From IMG/VR virus record IMGVR_UViG_3300031555_010338: 64,000 nucleotides of DNA. One strand, given 5' to 3'. Each line of letters begins with the position of its first letter. Position 1 is the first letter of the stretch. The translations under genes and the position numbers were made by a program. The stretch comes from a virus. Taxonomy: Duplodnaviria > Caudoviricetes. Below are positions 20,125 to 31,435 of this stretch, piece after piece. The notes below the pieces were generated by a model. It saw only the letters and a list, made by a program, of their open reading frames with translations. It was not told the DNA's origin and made no database searches.

Positions 20125-23100
20125 TTATCGCAACATATGACTTCCTATTGTATTCTTTACCCCCTTGCGCTTTGCAGCAGACAGGAGCTGACCAATAGTG
20201 TAGTCGGAATAATAATCCGCAAACCGCTTCATATTTTCCTCAGTCACATTTTGCATATGGAACTCATTGTGGATCTCAATACCTTGCTCACTTACAGAGT
20301 TATCGGTATCTCCATTGTTGTTTGTAACGGATTTCATAACCTCGGAAACCACTGGCTCCGATGCAGTCAATCCACCTACCAAAGCGTCTACAACACCGAT
20401 TATTCCAGCCTTCATCTTATCAAACAATCCACTAAACTCTTCCTTGGTAAGCACTGCTTCTCCAATTTCAAGCTTAGCAAGAACCTCGTTTGGTTTCAAA
20501 GCTGGGTCTTCTCCTACAATGCCGCCAGTATGATAGGTATATTGACGATATTTGTCATAGAGCTGTTCACCGCCAACTCGATCTACATACCACACGCCAT
20601 CATTGCCACGAATTGCGGTAATGCCATACTGCGCCAACATAGCACCAAGCTCAAGATTTCTCTTGTTCAATCGTGCTTTTCCATCAGCATCTGCCGCCCC
20701 ATGCGCACGACTATTAGCGTACATCTCTTTGATGATCTGATGAATGACTTCTTCTGTGTACTGCTGATTCCTGATTTGCTCTTCCTCATAAGCAATACTT
20801 GAACTAATTCCACTCAACGCAGAAACGACATTTCCATATTCTTGCGCAGCGCCTCTTGCCGTCATCCACGCAGACGCGATGGAATCCTCGCCGTCAATCA
20901 TATCGCCGTACTGCTTATTCCAAGTGATAAGATCTCGATATAATTGTTGCCAGTTACTATCGATTCGATCAATAGCCGCATTATAGATTTCTTCTTCAGA
21001 ATCAACAGTTTCTTTTACCTTAGCGATCTCTTCATTCTTTGTGTCTTCAAAAGTCTCAGCTTCCTTATCCAAAGCGTCCACTTGCGCATTATACGCATAG
21101 TCGGCCTGGTAATCAGCCAATTCCTCTTGAAGTTGTGCCAACTCCTGAGCAAGCTGCTGTTTTTCAGCATTTGCTTCTCGGCTGTCGTCACGATCAAGCT
21201 GAGCGATTTTTGCTTGGATCTCTGCGATTTCAGCAACTCGCTTTGCAACCTCTTTTTCGTAGTCTTCCTCTTCCTCAGAGGTAGCGAGAGATTTCTTTTT
21301 CAGCTCGATAATTTTCTGGTAGTCCTCGATCTGCTGTTCAAGCGCCTCAACCTTATCTTCGGCTTCCTGACGCACCAACTCCATTGTCATTTCGATAATT
21401 TCTGTCAGTGCTTCTTTCTGCTCGGTGTAGATTTCGATTTGAGTTTCACGCAGGAGGCTATTGTACTCTTTCAAAGTCAATACGCCATCCTTAAACAGCT
21501 TATTGATTGCCGCGATCTTCTGCTTCAAATAGTCAACCTTGGTGAAATCAAGATCTCCCCAAAGCTCAAAGCTGTCCGCATACTCAATAAAGTCATCAAA
21601 GACCCCCAAAACATTTTCGGCAATCTGACCGTTAATATCTCGAATGGCGCTTTCAGCATCCCACCATGTATCAATACATTCTTGGATTGCATCGTCATTC
21701 TCTTCCAGTCCCATTGCACGAAGACGGTCTGCCTCTTCAACCGCAGCTCTTTGAATAGCTCGTTGCGCTTCAAGCTGCTTGTTGAGATTTTCCGTCATTG
21801 CATCGCCAGAGCGATTGCTGTCAAGAGCGTCATACTGACTCTCTAAATAACTGATCGTATTTTCATGCTCTTCAACAGTCGTTTTATAGATGTCGTGAAG
21901 CATGTCTTCGATGGTGTCCTGATAGTCCCACCATTTTTTCTGGAGTTCTTGGATATAATCAGAATTCTCATCCAAACCAAGAGCGCGATACGCTTCTGCC
22001 TGGTTGTGGACTTCCCTCTGCATAGCCTTATAGATCTCAATGATCTGCTCCGGAGTTCCACCGTTCTTTTCCAACAAGAAGATATCATGTTCAAAGTTTC
22101 CAAGGATTTCGTTGATATCCTCTTCCATCTTTTGCAGCGTATCTTCAAGCTGATCTTCAAGCTCTGTGTCGTCAAGTGTGGCTTCGATCTCAGCCTCAAC
22201 CTGCACATGATACGGATCTCCCGTTGTACCGGTCTTATTATCTTCAATACGAAGACCAGATGTAACAACACGACCTTCTGCGTAGGCAGGAATTACACCT
22301 CGAATTCCACGGCCTGAGCCGTTGAGAATTCTCTTTGTTTCGTCGGCAGGATATACTTGGTCGCCCTCGTTCAGATGAACGATTTCAGCGCCATCCGTAC
22401 CAACAAGATACGCACGATTGCCGGACTTGACAAGCTCAGCACCCTCTTCACCAACCAGCGCCTTGCCAGCAGGTGCAGAATCAGTACCCTTAGCAAATCC
22501 AAGGATACCAGCCAAGCCACCAAGAATACCGTTCTTTTGCTTTACACTGTAATAAACGGTACACTCTTTACCATCCACACTGTCAATAGCAGTTCCAATA
22601 TCGTAAACCTTAGTGACTGCAACATCGGCAGCACTTCCAATGGCTTCGATTTCAGAAACCGCATTATCAGTAGATGATTCATCAAGTTCCCCTACAGCAT
22701 CAGTCACGCCATCAACACCAGCCGTTACCTCGGTAAAAGTAATGGTGTCAATGTATTCCAAAGCGTCGCTTACATCTTTGACTTCGCCATTTGCATTTGC
22801 AAGAGTGATGTTGTCGGTTTCTCCAAGCTTTGTGATAAGCTCTTGTGTCTCATCATATGTATAGCCCAGATTTGCCATCAAATTTGCCAAGCCTTCATAA
22901 TCCACTGTGATGGTAATGCCATTATCAGCAGCCAATCCAAGATTGGTCAAACTGGTAATCAAAGTATCAACATCGCCCGTAATCGTAAAGAGGCTTACGC
23001 CATCCAAATCCTGCAAAGCTTGCAGAATATCGTGAACATCCTTCTCGTTCTTTCCAAGCGTCAGCAACTGCTCTGTCAGACGCTCAACATTGATTGCCTT

Positions 23101-26100
23101 ATCACCAGTTGTCTCACAAGAAAGCCCGATTTTGTCAATGACCTCAATAACCTCTGTCAGATCATAGAAGTCAATGTCGCCCCACATGGACAACGCTTCC
23201 AAACAGGCCAGTGCAGCCTCTTCGGTAATGCCCATCTTCTCTGCGATCTCTTCCAGGTTATCTGGATCAATATCAAAGAAGTAAGCGCCGGTTGCATCCT
23301 TGCCAATCTCCAAAAGCTTTTCGCCCTCTTCGTTGACAAGCTTGCCAGCCTCAGCCATTTCGTACAGTCGCTCGATAAATCCAGCGCCAGCACTTTCAGC
23401 ATCGCCAAACACGGTCTTGTTGTTCTGCATAGCAGTGTAGATCTCATCAAGACCATCGCTCCATCCCCATACCGCAAGCTGTTCGCTACCGAATAAGAAT
23501 TCAGCAGCAGCCCAGAAAGCGTTAGAGTTTGTTGTGCCGGCTTCAAACTGAGCGTTCAACTCTTCAAATGCTTCTGCGTAAGATCTAAAATCGGTGTCCT
23601 TCTCTTCAACAGACATTGCGGCATCATAACGAGCCTTAGCTTCTGTTACCTGATCGAACTTTCCGACCATTCCTTCGAGAGCATCATTAAGCTTCAACGC
23701 ATCGTCGGTAATCAGCGCAAGACCATCACCGCCCTCAGCCATAGACTGAAGTACATTGGCGAGGAATGCGGCATTCATACCATCCTCTTCAAGAATTCCA
23801 GCAAGAATTTCGCTTTCGCCTGCAAGCTCTTCAATGGCCTGCGGTGTAATTCCATCGAGGGTTTGAAACATAGCAACAAGATCTTCCTTGGCATCTGCAA
23901 AGTCCTCAGACTCCCACAATCCCTGAATACTCTTTCTAAGTTGCTCAGTATGTCTCCGTGCGACCTCTTCCTCACTGCTATAATTCTCAATCGCAGCAGT
24001 AATCTCTTCCCATGTCGTCGCACCTTCATTGATAACTGCATTATAGGCAATCTCAAAATCTTCATCGGAAAGATCTCTCAGTTTATCTTTGACCTCTTCA
24101 ATTTTGATACCCCAATTATCAATAGCATGGAAATGAGCCGCTGTTCCTGGTGTCAGATCTTCATAATCCTTTGGAACAAGCGCCTCTGCAATCGTCTGCA
24201 TCTTCTGACTTACTTGCTTTGCGGCGTATTCACGCTCTTCAAGCTGGTTAAGCAATTCTGCATACTGACTTACAGAACCAAGAGCATTGTCAACGAGTTC
24301 TTCAGCGGAATAAGTCCCATCCTCATCAAAGTTCACGCTGTTTCTGACATTCTTAATCATGTCTGCGCGGAACTGTTCAAACTCGTCCAAAGTCTCAGGA
24401 TTTGCAAGCTTTTGTGCGGCAAGAAGCGCATCTTGTGCAATCATCTGATTTTCCGCATCAATCTTCTTGATAGCGTCAGAAAGAGCAGCATCGTATTCGT
24501 TATATGCGTCCGCAAGAACTTCAAATACAGGGTTTTCGCTGCCAAACTTGTCTCCGACAGCATTCATAGTATCGCGCAGATACTCATAGTTTTCCATCAA
24601 ATCGGAGAACTCGACATCTTCCAATCCGCCACCTGTGCTGTACACACTTGGCAGGAAAATCGTGCCGCCACCCTTAGAGCCAGTATCATCAATTCCAGTG
24701 AAACCAAGCTCTTTGAGGTATGCCATTGCTTTGCCGGCCTCTTCTCCGATTGCGGAGAACATATTATTGCCATCAAAATATCCGTCAAGTTCATCTACGG
24801 CATCTTCCTTAGCAATATCAGCAGCGCGAATACCTTGTGAAATGTCTGTTTGCAACTGCTGTCTTGCCGCGTCAATGATTGAGTCACGCAAATCAACATA
24901 GTCGCCAGACAAATTCTGGACTGCAACTCCTTGCTCTTCCAAATAAGCAATCAGCTCATCTTGAATGCTGATAAGATCTTCTTGTGATCCAGTCCCATTT
25001 TCTACAGCGTAGCTGAGTTCCAGATAAGATGTAGCAAGATCATACAGTGTGTTTGCATTCTCTACAGCAGCGTTTCCAGCTTCCAGCGCCGCCTCTTTTG
25101 CTTCTTTTTGCTTATTGATAAGTGCTGTGATACCAGATACGATTGCATTGATAGCAAGTCCGATACCAAGGTTGATGAGCATATTCAATGCTGTCTTCAA
25201 CACCTGCACACCAACAGCAGCCGCCTTAGAAGCAACGCCCATTGCTGTAGTTGAAGCAGAAGCGCCTTGCATGGCGCTCTTATATGTTGTTGTTGAAGCG
25301 GCGGCATCATCGGTGACACGAACCGCTGTCTTCAGATTATTACTACCACGACCAATCGTATCGTTCCAGATAATCTGTCTTTGTGTTAAATCGTTTGTTG
25401 ATTTTCCGAGGCCAGAAATCTTGGTATTATACTCTTCCAGCAAACGGATATCATTTTCAAGCTCTGCCTTTCCAGTATTCCATGCAAATGAGATACCAGT
25501 GCCAGTTCCAAGCCAGTTCTTTGAAGTTGTACTCTTGAGAAGCTGCATCTTATCAAAGAATGGTGTGATTGTTGCAAGCAGTGTTGGGAACGCACCAAGC
25601 GTCTCAACAAGCTCTGTCAGCCAACCAAGCAATCCAGTACCAGCATCAAAAACGCCCTTGATAAGTTCACTATCAAGAATAGCATTTGCAAGTGCCTCAT
25701 ACTGAGCCTGGAAGGTCTGCTGCTTGGCCTGAATACTATCCATCCACTTTTCATGCTCTTCCAGTGCGGAACCTTCTGCATCCATAGAAGTTTCCATGAC
25801 CTTAACTGCGTCCTTCATGTTGGTAAGTGCAGCAGCAAGAGCATTACCCTGTCGCTTGCCAGCCAAAAGCTCCAGCAAAGCGGCCTGGTCAATATCGCTC
25901 ATCTTTTCCCATACTTCACTAATACCAAGAATAATATCGTAGGTACTCTTGAAGTTGTCGGCATCGAGCATGATATCAAAACCACCAAGACCATCTACAT
26001 TGGTCAGCGCCTTAACCTTCTTCTGCAAAGAAGCTGTACTCTCTGCCATGTACTCGGTTTCAAGTCCAGCGGCTTCCAGTTCGGTTGTAGCGCCGCGAAT

Positions 26101-27975
26101 ACGCATGGAAACAGTCTTCCACATCGTACCAACCATTGTTGGATCTTGGATAACATTGTTTGCGGCAACCATCAAAGCGATAGACTCGTCGATGGTGTTG
26201 TTTGCAGCGGCCAGAGCAGAAGCGCTTCGTTGCATAGCTTCGCCAATACCGCCAGAACTGATGGCGAAGTTGTTGCCCACCTCATTGAACTTGTCAACGA
26301 TCAGCATTGCATCCTCAGTCTGGATGTTAAATGCCTTCATGGTGGAAATGATAGAGCTGGTAGCGTCCTCAACACCATTGATTTCGTCGCCAACCACGCT
26401 GTAAATTGTAGCTACCTCAGCCAGAGATGCAGCATCGTCCATTGTATAACCAAGACGAGCAAAATCGGAAGTGGCGGTTACAAAGTCAGCATAAGAAGCA
26501 CCGATCTGAACTGCTTTGTCAGCAGCGGTTGAAAGGAACGCATCGTAAGCAGCGTCAGTTTCATTTGTGACCTTTTTCAATTCGGTCATTGCGGTATCCA
26601 GATCAACAACCGCATCGTAAAGACCAGTTACACCACGCATGACACCGGCGATAACACCGCCAAGAACCATCCATGTTCCCATCTTTACAGCATTAGCCTT
26701 CAGCTCATCAAACAGAGAACGACTATGCTTTCCAGCACTGATAAGCTCCTGCTCAAACAGGCGAATTTTTGCATTCAGATTAGTCAGTTCTTTTTGTGAA
26801 CTTATAACCTGAGACTCATCAAACAACGCCTGCCATTTACCCAGAAGATTCGGATCGCTTACAAATCCACTGTAAGTATTCTTCAAATTCTGAATTCTGA
26901 GCTGTGCTGTCTGAATATTAGAGTTCAATCTTTCTGCATCCAAAATCTTTCCGGATGCAGAACTATCAAGCTTCATCTGCTTAAACTGCTGGGAAATGAG
27001 AGAAAGCTGATGACGATATGCGTCAAGATCTGTTGGATCTAATGCGTTATCAAGTGTGGTCTTAGCCTTATTAACAGCAGCTTCAAAATCTCCGCCGAAC
27101 AATCCTGCGTTAGTCCACTTCTTGATATCTGTTTGCAATGCCGCTTGAAGCTCAGCCTTCTTGTTAGAGAAGGTGGCAGCATTCAAATCTGTTGCGGCAT
27201 AAGCAGTAGACTGCAGCTCCTTAGCGTAGCGTTGGAGATCTGCAACCATCGAATCGATCTCGCGTTTATGATCTGCTGAAAGCGTTGTGTTTGCGCTCTT
27301 GATCTCTTCGATTCTCGCCTTAACCTCGCTAAGCTTGGTTTGATATTGGTTATATTGCTCCATATCTCCAAGCAGAGGCTTCGATGTATTTACCAAAGTT
27401 CTGCTGGTGATATCAGCAATTTTAGTGTCAATTCTATTCAGGTAATTAAGCGTCTGCTCAAGACCACTGCCAGCATTTTTATCTGACAGGATAGAGTTGC
27501 TCTGAACAAAGCCATTGAAAGACTTCGCCCCTTCTTTGATCTTTGCAAGCTCAAAATTGAACTTCTCAACAACGCCATCTGCCTTGGTGACACTTGCGGT
27601 AAAACTCTGAATGTTACCCTTCGCATCCTTAAACACGTTGGTAACATCAACCTTACCCATTTTGCTGAACTCAGTCTGCACACGAGAAACGATATCTTTG
27701 ACACCACTGAAATACTTCTGACCATCGGCCTGAAGTTGCACACTGTCAAATACCTTGATCTGCGCACCCTTGCCAGCTCCACTTGTATTTACCTGTTTGG
27801 CGATTGCCTGCAACTGACTCTGGACTGACTTAACAGAGCTTTCTTCAAGCGCAACCTTCAAATTGATCTTGTGCGCCTCGCCAAGCTTCTTTGCCAAGCT
27901 GCCCAACTGCGAATCCATACTTTGTTCGCTGCTATCATCAACAATCGCTTTTACAAGAATTTGCAGTTCGTCCAC
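20125..27975 (-). CDS. Tape measure protein
   Basis: 2616 aa, helical; TP901-type core (LDTAMTELKKV...DKFNEVGNNFA); FAKGT and YHTGG motifs. Confidence 0.92.
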   Translation of the reverse strand: MDELQILVKAIVDDSSEQSMDSQLGSLAKKLGEAHKINLKVALEESSVKSVQSQLQAIAKQVNTSGAGKGAQIKVFDSVQLQADGQKYFSGVKDIVSRVQTEFSKMGKVDVTNVFKDAKGNIQSFTASVTKADGVVEKFNFELAKIKEGAKSFNGFVQSNSILSDKNAGSGLEQTLNYLNRIDTKIADITSRTLVNTSKPLLGDMEQYNQYQTKLSEVKARIEEIKSANTTLSADHKREIDSMVADLQRYAKELQSTAYAATDLNAATFSNKKAELQAALQTDIKKWTNAGLFGGDFEAAVNKAKTTLDNALDPTDLDAYRHQLSLISQQFKQMKLDSSASGKILDAERLNSNIQTAQLRIQNLKNTYSGFVSDPNLLGKWQALFDESQVISSQKELTNLNAKIRLFEQELISAGKHSRSLFDELKANAVKMGTWMVLGGVIAGVMRGVTGLYDAVVDLDTAMTELKKVTNETDAAYDAFLSTAADKAVQIGASYADFVTATSDFARLGYTMDDAASLAEVATIYSVVGDEINGVEDATSSIISTMKAFNIQTEDAMLIVDKFNEVGNNFAISSGGIGEAMQRSASALAAANNTIDESIALMVAANNVIQDPTMVGTMWKTVSMRIRGATTELEAAGLETEYMAESTASLQKKVKALTNVDGLGGFDIMLDADNFKSTYDIILGISEVWEKMSDIDQAALLELLAGKRQGNALAAALTNMKDAVKVMETSMDAEGSALEEHEKWMDSIQAKQQTFQAQYEALANAILDSELIKGVFDAGTGLLGWLTELVETLGAFPTLLATITPFFDKMQLLKSTTSKNWLGTGTGISFAWNTGKAELENDIRLLEEYNTKISGLGKSTNDLTQRQIIWNDTIGRGSNNLKTAVRVTDDAAASTTTYKSAMQGASASTTAMGVASKAAAVGVQVLKTALNMLINLGIGLAINAIVSGITALINKQKEAKEAALEAGNAAVENANTLYDLATSYLELSYAVENGTGSQEDLISIQDELIAYLEEQGVAVQNLSGDYVDLRDSIIDAARQQLQTDISQGIRAADIAKEDAVDELDGYFDGNNMFSAIGEEAGKAMAYLKELGFTGIDDTGSKGGGTIFLPSVYSTGGGLEDVEFSDLMENYEYLRDTMNAVGDKFGSENPVFEVLADAYNEYDAALSDAIKKIDAENQMIAQDALLAAQKLANPETLDEFEQFRADMIKNVRNSVNFDEDGTYSAEELVDNALGSVSQYAELLNQLEEREYAAKQVSQKMQTIAEALVPKDYEDLTPGTAAHFHAIDNWGIKIEEVKDKLRDLSDEDFEIAYNAVINEGATTWEEITAAIENYSSEEEVARRHTEQLRKSIQGLWESEDFADAKEDLVAMFQTLDGITPQAIEELAGESEILAGILEEDGMNAAFLANVLQSMAEGGDGLALITDDALKLNDALEGMVGKFDQVTEAKARYDAAMSVEEKDTDFRSYAEAFEELNAQFEAGTTNSNAFWAAAEFLFGSEQLAVWGWSDGLDEIYTAMQNNKTVFGDAESAGAGFIERLYEMAEAGKLVNEEGEKLLEIGKDATGAYFFDIDPDNLEEIAEKMGITEEAALACLEALSMWGDIDFYDLTEVIEVIDKIGLSCETTGDKAINVERLTEQLLTLGKNEKDVHDILQALQDLDGVSLFTITGDVDTLITSLTNLGLAADNGITITVDYEGLANLMANLGYTYDETQELITKLGETDNITLANANGEVKDVSDALEYIDTITFTEVTAGVDGVTDAVGELDESSTDNAVSEIEAIGSAADVAVTKVYDIGTAIDSVDGKECTVYYSVKQKNGILGGLAGILGFAKGTDSAPAGKALVGEEGAELVKSGNRAYLVGTDGAEIVHLNEGDQVYPADETKRILNGSGRGIRGVIPAYAEGRVVTSGLRIEDNKTGTTGDPYHVQVEAEIEATLDDTELEDQLEDTLQKMEEDINEILGNFEHDIFLLEKNGGTPEQIIEIYKAMQREVHNQAEAYRALGLDENSDYIQELQKKWWDYQDTIEDMLHDIYKTTVEEHENTISYLESQYDALDSNRSGDAMTENLNKQLEAQRAIQRAAVEEADRLRAMGLEENDDAIQECIDTWWDAESAIRDINGQIAENVLGVFDDFIEYADSFELWGDLDFTKVDYLKQKIAAINKLFKDGVLTLKEYNSLLRETQIEIYTEQKEALTEIIEMTMELVRQEAEDKVEALEQQIEDYQKIIELKKKSLATSEEEEDYEKEVAKRVAEIAEIQAKIAQLDRDDSREANAEKQQLAQELAQLQEELADYQADYAYNAQVDALDKEAETFEDTKNEEIAKVKETVDSEEEIYNAAIDRIDSNWQQLYRDLITWNKQYGDMIDGEDSIASAWMTARGAAQEYGNVVSALSGISSSIAYEEEQIRNQQYTEEVIHQIIKEMYANSRAHGAADADGKARLNKRNLELGAMLAQYGITAIRGNDGVWYVDRVGGEQLYDKYRQYTYHTGGIVGEDPALKPNEVLAKLEIGEAVLTKEEFSGLFDKMKAGIIGVVDALVGGLTASEPVVSEVMKSVTNNNGDTDNSVSEQGIEIHNEFHMQNVTEENMKRFADYYSDYTIGQLLSAAKRKGVKNTIGSHMLR

Positions 27976-28036
27976 GCAATCACCTCACTTTCAAATTGTT
28001 TTGTTAATTCCTTGTAGAATAGAAAAAGCATAGCCG

Positions 28037-28522
28037 TTATTTCACAGCTATGCCTTGTCTTTTAAGTCCATTTTTCAATGCGGTTGTACAAGCTCCAGAC
28101 GCTTCAAGACGCTCAATCGTCTTTGCGGTAAATGGTCTTGCCTTTGGCTTAGGCCAATAATCATATCCTGGATCTCCAGACATGCTACGGCCAAACTCAA
28201 TCAGATATTGCAAGTTTTTATTTGTTGTCGCAAACTCTCCACTCGCTCCGTTCAAATATGGATTTGGCACAGTTACATTTACAACAGACAAAATTCCATT
28301 TTTAGCCACACCGCCCTTGATTACAATATTGTATGAATCTCCGAAACCGTCATACTCACCACGACGACGATAATATCCAGATGTCGGCTGACTATACACC
28401 ACATCTACGATTGTATCTGCCTCAGTCTCTTGTACAACTGGATACACATCTTCAGTCAAAGCACGATCAACAGACTTTCTAATGTAGGCCATAAGATCGG
28501 CGGTGCTTTTGAATTGTGGCAT
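28037..28522 (-). CDS. Tail completion/neck-like virion protein
   Basis: LIEFG...ARPFT pattern resembling HK97 gp10-like proteins. Confidence 0.5.
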   Translation of the reverse strand: MPQFKSTADLMAYIRKSVDRALTEDVYPVVQETEADTIVDVVYSQPTSGYYRRRGEYDGFGDSYNIVIKGGVAKNGILSVVNVTVPNPYLNGASGEFATTNKNLQYLIEFGRSMSGDPGYDYWPKPKARPFTAKTIERLEASGACTTALKNGLKRQGIAVK

Positions 28523-28555
28523 ACAATCACCTCAAAAAAAACAGAGAGGACAAAT

Positions 28556-28816
28556 TTACTCTGTCCTCTCTAAATCATTTTGTTCCTGTTTTCGCTTTTG
28601 CAATTCTTCTTCAAGTACCTCACGATAACTCTTATGCGTTTTCACATACCATTCTGCATACGCTCTGCCGATTTTATCATACAAAAACGCACCGATAAAT
28701 ATTGTGGCAAAAGCAAGCACAGGCGAAAGGGGTAGTAACACAGTTGCTACCACAATGAGTACAACCCACCCCTTACTATTCGTTTGAGCTTGACTTGGAC
28801 GAGATCTCTTTTTCAT
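28556..28816 (-). CDS. Small membrane protein
   Basis: Hydrophobic core; preceded by TTGACT-17-TAAAAT promoter-like sequence. Confidence 0.55.
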   Translation of the reverse strand: MKKRSRPSQAQTNSKGWVVLIVVATVLLPLSPVLAFATIFIGAFLYDKIGRAYAEWYVKTHKSYREVLEEELQKRKQEQNDLERTE

Positions 28817-28878
28817 AGGATCACCCCATAAATAGAATTATCTCCATTTTACAGTAATCTCGCCATCCAGTCAACGCA

Positions 28879-29592
28879 TCACATATATCTCAAATTATCT
28901 GCGTGTTGGCTGATCCATCCTCGATAGTTGGTACGCAGTTCACATACTGCACAACGATTATCCTCGGAAAACCAGTCCAAATAACGAGAAAACCCCGATC
29001 TCTCAGGGTTTTTGTACAGATCGATTTGTCCGCAATGACCAATCACAACAACCTTGCAGCTATCATGAATTCTGGTCAACACTTTCATAAGCTCGTCAAA
29101 ATAGAAGTTTTGCGCTTCATCAATAATAACGACCTTATTCTCAAAATTTGTACCGCGCAAGAAGGTGTGCGTCATGCACTTAATATAGGCTGTCTGATAT
29201 TTTTCATTGATGCCATTATCGAAAAACGCCGTATTCCGATTAACACCAATCTTATCCAACGCCTGATAAAACGGCTCGAAATAAGGTTCTGACTTTTCCT
29301 CGATAGATCCAGCCAAATAACCTTGTTTCTGCTCCTGCGTTGGAGACGCAATATACACAATTCCCTCATAGAAACCGTACTGACACAAGAGGTCTGCGGT
29401 TCCTGTTGCGATTGTGGTTTTTCCAGTACCAGCCTTTGCATCGCAAAACACGATCAGCTTTTCTGGGTTCCAAATTGCATCACGAAAACGAGCCTGGTCT
29501 TCATCCAATGTCAGCCCATAAAAAGGAAGCCCCGCAAGTGACTGCGGAGCATTCTTCTTCAGCATGTCGTCCGGTGTATTCTTTCGCGCCAT
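28879..29592 (-). CDS. phoH: PhoH-family ATPase
   Basis: AKAGTGKT Walker A, FLRGTNF, IIDEAQN, VIGH..QIDL. Confidence 0.9.
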   Translation of the reverse strand: MARKNTPDDMLKKNAPQSLAGLPFYGLTLDEDQARFRDAIWNPEKLIVFCDAKAGTGKTTIATGTADLLCQYGFYEGIVYIASPTQEQKQGYLAGSIEEKSEPYFEPFYQALDKIGVNRNTAFFDNGINEKYQTAYIKCMTHTFLRGTNFENKVVIIDEAQNFYFDELMKVLTRIHDSCKVVVIGHCGQIDLYKNPERSGFSRYLDWFSEDNRCAVCELRTNYRGWISQHADNLRYM

Positions 29593-29604
29593 AAACCGGC
29601 CTCC

Positions 29605-30231
29605 TTACATAATTTCGTCGATATCTGAAATAATTCTATCTGCGATGCCATACTTGATCGCATCTTCGCTGAACATAAACCAATCCCTACGATAGTTCTT
29701 TTCCAGAAGATCCTTTGGGATTTTGGTATGCTCCAAAATGAAATTGCACACACGCTCTTCTGATTCCTTGGTGAATTCCAAATTATCCAAAACCTTGCCA
29801 GTATCACCGATAGCTCCAGTAGAACCGTCGTGGATCAGAATAGAAGTCGTGTCAAAGATAAGTCGCTTATGACCGGCCATCAGCAGTAATCCGCCGCTGC
29901 TGTATGCTCGTCCCATACCAATCGTGATAACCGGAGTTTTTGAAAGAGCAATCACGTTGGCAGTAAACAGCGTAACATTAACATCGCCGCCGTTAGAATT
30001 GATAAAGATTTTGATCGGCTTTCTTTTCTCAACAGGAACTCCGCTGTCTTCTTTGTTCCATTTGAAAATGTACAACGGAATATCAATCATACAGTCGTTA
30101 ATGATATCGTTCCAAACAATCTCCCTATCCCGTAATCTGCGATAGAATTCTACCAGTTCAGGGGGGGGTAATGTGGTGTCCATCAGCGTACCAATATCTT
30201 CAAAATCCTCTTCAAACAATGCTCTGTTCAT
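29605..30231 (-). CDS. clpP: ClpP-like serine protease
   Basis: PIKIFINSNGG, G.AYSSG (catalytic Ser), IHD, RDWFM.SEDAIKYGIAD. Confidence 0.85.
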   Translation of the reverse strand: MNRALFEEDFEDIGTLMDTTLPPPELVEFYRRLRDREIVWNDIINDCMIDIPLYIFKWNKEDSGVPVEKRKPIKIFINSNGGDVNVTLFTANVIALSKTPVITIGMGRAYSSGGLLLMAGHKRLIFDTTSILIHDGSTGAIGDTGKVLDNLEFTKESEERVCNFILEHTKIPKDLLEKNYRRDWFMFSEDAIKYGIADRIISDIDEIM

Positions 30232-30247
30232 AATGCGCCCTCCATTG

Positions 30248-30868
30248 TTACTGCTTTGTGCTTTTCTCCACAATCGCTCTCGCCATATCCTGAGCGGTCA
30301 CTTCGGTATTCTTCGCCATTCCAGCCATACCGGTAATAAACTCGGACATTTGTTCACCACTTACACCATCAAAAAGAGATGCCATATTATTTGTGACACG
30401 CTCAATCTCAGATGTAAGCTTACGGATCTGAGCCTCTTGACCGAAAAGCATTTTCTGCTTTTCAAATTCAATACGCTCATGAATACAACCCTGAATCATG
30501 TTGTACTGGTGCATATCAATCGTGTTCATAATTGCACCGATGATTTCACTTGCACCCATAACAAGGTCATACGCCTTGTTGGTGTCAGAAGGCATTGTAA
30601 AGTTGCCGTAGTATGTCAGAATGTTCTTGCCACAAATATACTCCTTCGCCATAGGGACAATCAGCATGTCATCTTCCATGATTGTTGCACTTACGACATC
30701 CTCAATAAAACGCATGGTTTCCTCAAGAGAAAGACGCTTCTTTACCTCGCAGGTAATTTCGTCATCTTCTCCGATAGAGAAGGTCATTGTAACTACGTTT
30801 TCAGGCCACACATGCTTGCAGAACTTTTCCAACGCATTGATGGAAACATTACTCTTTTTCTTTGCCAT
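30248..30868 (-). CDS. Hypothetical protein
   Basis: 206-aa operonic ORF. Confidence 0.7.
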   Translation of the reverse strand: MAKKKSNVSINALEKFCKHVWPENVVTMTFSIGEDDEITCEVKKRLSLEETMRFIEDVVSATIMEDDMLIVPMAKEYICGKNILTYYGNFTMPSDTNKAYDLVMGASEIIGAIMNTIDMHQYNMIQGCIHERIEFEKQKMLFGQEAQIRKLTSEIERVTNNMASLFDGVSGEQMSEFITGMAGMAKNTEVTAQDMARAIVEKSTKQ

Positions 30869-31415
30869 GAAGTGTCTTCCCTTCTAAGTTAAAATGGTTG
30901 ACCGCATAATGCCCAAGACAAATCGCATCAGATAAGTTGTCATTATCCGTATCAACATTAAATTTCTCTTTTACAAACTGGATCGAGAGGATCTTCGACT
31001 CCTTCTTTCCAGACGCTTCCAGGGCTTTAATTTTTTCTTTGATTTCTTTTGAACTCCGACCTCTTGCCTTGCAGTAGTTCTGCCATTGTGTCGGAGCCAC
31101 AAAATCGTACAAGTATTCGTTCTTCTCAAAAAGATTCACGAGGACACCCTGTAATTGCGCAAGTTTCTTGAACGACTGCACATTCATACGAAGCTGGATA
31201 TCTTCAATGAAAACAGCCGAAATACCATAAGCCTTGATAATTGTGTCTACAAGACTTTCAATCGCAAGAATAGCCTTGGCATATGTATAATCCTTACTTC
31301 CAAAAGAAAAGGTTCCATATGTCTCAAGCTTTTTGCTCTCATAGTCAAATACAGCCCATGCGCCATTTCTTGCTTGATCTATTGCCAAAATCTTAATACT
31401 ATCATCCTCCGTCAT
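30849..31415 (-). CDS. RuvC-like Holliday junction resolvase
   Basis: ILAIDQ, VFIED, P.QW, DNLSDAI catalytic pattern. Confidence 0.8.
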   Translation of the reverse strand: MTEDDSIKILAIDQARNGAWAVFDYESKKLETYGTFSFGSKDYTYAKAILAIESLVDTIIKAYGISAVFIEDIQLRMNVQSFKKLAQLQGVLVNLFEKNEYLYDFVAPTQWQNYCKARGRSSKEIKEKIKALEASGKKESKILSIQFVKEKFNVDTDNDNLSDAICLGHYAVNHFNLEGKTLHGKEKE

Positions 31416-31435
31416 AAGAAAAAGAAAGGGAGAGG